The position numbers and the translations under genes are program-made. The notes beneath the pieces were generated by a model. That model saw only the letters and a program-made list of their open reading frames with translations. It was not told where the DNA came from and made no database searches. Of a stretch of DNA of 64,000 bases, positions 47,645 to 64,000 are shown in pieces. Position 1 is the stretch's first letter. The number at the start of each line of letters is the position of its first letter. The stretch comes from Chrysomallon squamiferum (taxonomy: Eukaryota; Animalia; Mollusca): positions 4,588,001 to 4,652,000 of the forward strand of contig CM022674.1 of NCBI GenBank assembly GCA_012295275.1, written 5' to 3'.

Positions 47645-48076
47645 TTTAAAAAAAACATCGCAATATTTCCATATTCGAATTCGTATAATATCGACTAGTT
47701 GTGTAGTTAGTATATTATTTTCATTTGCGGCTGTTTTAAGAATTGTTCTTGCCGATCGTTAACAGAATAAAATCTACTGTATCTTTCCTTAAATTAATTT
47801 ATAATAAACCGTAGAATTCATGAGAAGTTAAACAAATCTGAAACATAAAATTAAGTATAATATTTTATTGATAAAAAGTTCTGGTGAAACCGAAACTTTG
47901 AAGAATTCCAGGGCGCACCTGCGGAAAACGGCGCTTACGTCATCGGACATCGCATTATCATTCGTGCAGTGTCGGCCATATTTGTTATTTGTCATTCAGT
48001 GGACTACTTCTTCGGAAGATTTTAGTTTGTTTTTAGCTTTAAGAAACACATGTTTTACTTATGACATTTTAAGATT
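47000..48076. promoter_or_regulatory. Putative divergent promoter region between the LRR-Ig gene and calsyntenin
   Basis: Two CpG-richer patches (~47040-47170 and ~47880-48020) between head-to-head genes. The second holds a CRE-like TTACGTCA (~47935) and GGCCATATT (~47974) shortly before the calsyntenin ATG. Start sites not determined. Confidence 0.5.
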
Positions 48077-59665
<11,589 letters not shown>

Positions 59666-61640
59666 AATCCATGGATATACAAGTTTCTGTTTTTACTAAA
59701 AAAAAAAAAAAACATTTTTTCAAAAAGAATTATAGTGAAAGGCTTTATGGAGATACTATCGAAAAATAATTCATTCAGCAAATGAGTAGTGGCAACATCA
59801 GTTCTGACATCGACAGACCCTTTAAATTTTTTTTATTTTATTTTTTTAAATTTTTTTTCTCGCCCTGCTACTTTGTGGATATATTCTGTTGATTGATAAA
59901 AAAATAAAAAAAAAGAAAGAAAAGAAATTCTCTCTCAGATTGAGAAACAAAAAATAAATCCTAAACTTAACTGGAGACATCTTAATAGTGCAGTGATGTC
60001 ATAGACAGTCGTGTGTTTAATCTATATGTTAAGTTTAACCAACGAATTGTCGTTATTATTAGTAATTGCGTTAAACCATATACTGCATTGTCTTGTATTT
60101 ACTTTTCTCTTTCCCCCCCCCGTCTCGCTCTCTGAAAACCAAATAGTAATTGTGCTTTGCATGTCATTTGTTTTACTGGTGTTTTGTGTTCAGATTTTCG
60201 TCAGAGGACAGATTCTTTTTTCCAAACAGTCGGAGAAGAAGAAGAAGAAAAAAAAAATTATTATTTGAAGAAAATTAACAAATGAGGATAGATTTCACTT
60301 GTATATGACATTCCATTTCTGTGGAGTTTTGCTTAAGGTTAAGCTTTTTTTTTTTTTTTTTTTTCTTTTTATCTTGAAAAAAACAACAATATACTCAGTG
60401 TTTTTAATCTGTCTGTTTTAAAAGTTTAAAAACAATAACAACAATACCATTCATAATGATATGTTTTATACAATATTTAGTCTTAGTTATTGTTGTCGTG
60501 TTGCATGTTTCTCTTTCAGTAGATGCTTAATTTACAACCAACAACAGATGAAAAAAAGTTTCAAAACTATAATTACATGTCCCATGAAAATGTATTTATA
60601 TGTCTGTATGTATGTTGTGTATGTCCGTTTTTCTTAGTCCTATTCAAAGTGAAATATTTACAGTGTATCATGTGAATTGTTGTGATTATCTTCGGAAAAA
60701 AGTTTAAAAAGTTTTCAGTTATGAGGAATATTTGTTATTTTTAAATTGTTTTCTTTTAATAAAATAATAGTGCTTCAGATTTTCTAATTTTTTTTATTTT
60801 TTTTTTTTCTTTAACAAAGGATTGAGTTATATTTGATCTCTTGTTCTAGGAAACCCATTAGGTCAAATCCGACACTGTTTCAGTTAAATATAAAAGTGAA
60901 TAATTACAATACAGTGTTCAGTGTAAATAAATTCAAATAATTGAAAGAAAACATGGGTTTTTTGGTTATTAACATTAAATCAAACTTTTTTTTAAATTCT
61001 GATATATAAGACATAACCTTTAACAGTTATAAAAAATATAAGCGGTTATCTTGCTGATTTATTTACTTGGATAGCACTGAATAAGATACACAAGTTTTAA
61101 GTGTTACAGATTATTACTTGTTAAATCATACATGAATTTGTATTTGTAGTTTTAGTATCTTTTAACTGATCTATATTATATCAGTATCAGTTTTATGGCA
61201 TACTTAGTTTATTTATTACTTTTACTGTACTGGCAGGTAATTTTAAAATGGCTGTTTGTTTTTTAATTACACATTAATTATATTTGTTTTATTTATTTTT
61301 ATTTTTAAATTCCTCATGATTGATATCGTGTAGTTGATTAATTTTTGAAAGTCATGAAGCATTGAGCATTAATTCATTTTAAAAAAAAATTACAAAGTGA
61401 ATTTATTTTTATTTGCAAATAAATCAAACCAAATATAATTTAAAAAAAAAAAAAAATTAAAATTTTACAAATTAAACCAAGGGAAAAAACTTGGTATTTA
61501 AGCAAATGTATTTTTTGTTTATTTAATATTTACGAAGGTGAGGGTTTTTGTATTTTACTTATTATTATGTTAATTTTTGACTGTTAAACATAGTCTACTA
61601 AATATATATGATGTTCTTTATCAAAACTTTTACGCATGTC

Positions 61641-61678
<38 letters not shown>

Positions 61679-64000
61679 TTACACTTTTTGACAAAGTTTT
61701 CTGTGTACTTAATTACAATGTATACCTATTTTAATCACATTTTTGTGAATTTTATTTTCCTCTGTATTTATGGTATCAGTTTTCGATCTTTTTTTTTTTT
61801 TTTTTTAAAATATGTCTGAGCACTTGCCAACAACATCTTTAGGTTGTGACATAAACTAAAATACAAAATATTTATTTGTCTTGATTAGCGATAAAGATTA
61901 AACTGCCTTGTGGTAATCTGAGAAAATATTTAGTCTGCTGATTTCAGAAAACAGTAAATGAACAACAGTAATAATTTGTTAATCACTAAGTCAACAAAAA
62001 AGAAATAATAAAAAAATGTGTGTAAATGAAGAGTAGTTTTTCAGTAGTTCTTAATAAATTAAAAATAAAAACTAGCTGAACAGTAAATTGCGAAATCTGT
62101 TAATCAACTCATTATGAACAATTTTTTTTTTTTTTTTTTTTTATTATTATTATTAAAATGAAATTATCAAATCTTTCATTTAAATAAAATTAAGAACTGA
62201 AAAATATTGAAATAAAAAATACGTATAAATGTCAATAAAAAAAAATTTGAGGAAACAATCAAAATAAACATTAAAAAAATATGAATAATTAAAAAAAAAA
62301 AAAATTAAAAATGTGAGATAAATATACCTACTAAAATATAAAAATTGGCTTTGATAAGTGAAAATCATGGTGCTCTTTACAAATGAACAAACCAAATGTA
62401 TATCAAAAACTAAACTCATGCTCTCTGCTTCATGCCGGGCCAGTTTAGAAGTGATAATAAACAGTTTGTCATTGCCAAGTTTCCTTTGAAAATGTGCCAA
62501 AACAAAGACTTTTTAGCGATATAAAAAAAAAAAAAAAAAAAATGTATCCCAAATGTAAATTAAATGACACTGAAAAATCAGATAAAATGTATGTGATTAT
62601 CTTTTTATATACATGACTGTAAAGTTATTTGTGTATTTTCTACAACTTGTTTTAGTCTTTTGCATCGGTTCCATTGATAAAAACTAATCTGTATAATGTT
62701 GAATCAAACTTTATTGACAATGTTATTGGTTTATTTTTAATATTTATAAATTTGACACCAGTTAACTGTTACCATAAGAATGTGTTGAATTTGTATTTTA
62801 TTAAATAAATACTGGCTTATTTTAGAAATAGAAAATAACCTGTCAATGATGTTCAGATTACAATTTAATAAATACAAAAATTTATTATCAGACTAATTTC
62901 ATTTTTGAGAAAAATGAAAAAACAAAGGAAGTACATTGGTTCCGTTTGATATTTAAAACAGAACTCTGGACAAATATGATTTGCTTATCAATTTAATCAC
63001 TTTTATATTTCACAGTATTTTCAGCAACTGTATTGAAATTACAAGAAATTTAAAACTGATTGCAAACATCCCAAAGACATGATGAATATTCATACAACTT
63101 GGCAATGATGTTGTTATTCTGTTTCATTTGGAGAACTAAAACTACCTCCAATTTGTTTTTTCTTTTAACAAATCTAAAGTATTTATTACCTTTCTTATTT
63201 TATTTATTTGAACGAGATTTAATATTTGATTTTACCAGTATTAATTAGTATTTTGCTTGTTAATTCATTTATTTTTTTGTTATTTTTTTATTAGTCAATT
63301 TTTAATCTATCACTTTATTTAAATTTTTCTGAATACACTGCACATGAATTTTTAACAAACCTGTTACATCACGTTTTCTTCACAAATAATAATGCTAAAT
63401 AAATTATAAAAATACAAATAAGGCAGTAATTTTATTATTACATTACCATCATCAAAAGTAGACATTTTATACCAGCTAGATTTTAGGACAAGAACCCACC
63501 GAAAAGTCAGTTCTTAACAATAGTTTTTTATTGTTGTTATTTACAGTTTTGGTAGTTTTTTTTTTGTTGATATCATCACTTCTCTTCTGGCCCGTGTTGT
63601 AAAGTGTGTGTGGTGTCACAGGAAGGAAATTATAAGTCTGTTGTATATATTGTCTTCCTGTCAATAAAGCTTACCACACTAATATTGTGTTTTTGTTGTT
63701 CTTCCTGCTGCTGCTATTTCTTAAACTTGTACATGCCTGATAAGATTTTAGCGTTTAAACAGATTTGAATGATCATGATAAATTAATTTTAAAATGTTTT
63801 GTACTCAGTTGGATTCTTAACGATTAGATATGGCTAATTCAAGTATAGCTCCAGTTACCTCCCTTATCAATTCTAAAAATATTAGTTTTATATAAATGTT
63901 TACAGTAAATTGTAAAGTATTGATATTTTCATATTTAATTAAATAAATCATTAAACAAAGAGAATTAAATTTTCTGGTCATAAATTGTAATTTCTTTTTG

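Noticed and set aside
63476-63736. Possible terminal exon of a downstream minus-strand gene
   Set aside because: Weak acceptor, an early stop in the frame tested and no recognisable protein; more like UTR or intergenic sequence.

Overview
AT-rich, microsatellite-dense animal genomic DNA; the calsyntenin sequence and repeat style suggest a mollusc, possibly a cephalopod (inference only). Most ORFs in the supplied track are microsatellite artefacts. Real content, left to right: (1) 0-17 kb: three paralogues (A partial +, B complete +, C on the minus strand with a frameshift) of an unrecognised ~204-aa secreted Cys-rich protein built from phase-1/1 exons. Its last exon is hypervariable between invariant cysteines, and the copies are interleaved with three copies of a foldback-like element whose arms are 35-bp minisatellite arrays. 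(2) Tc1 and Tigger/pogo transposon remnants. (3) A ~23-kb gene-poor stretch with old and recent inverted duplications and CpG-rich islands. (4) An LRR-Ig-transmembrane gene with a single coding exon on the minus strand (42531-44580), interrupted by a 1-nt frameshift. (5) Head-to-head with it, a complete 15-exon calsyntenin gene (48077-59665, ~973 aa). Exon boundaries, phases and alignments were worked out by hand; no database searches were run.
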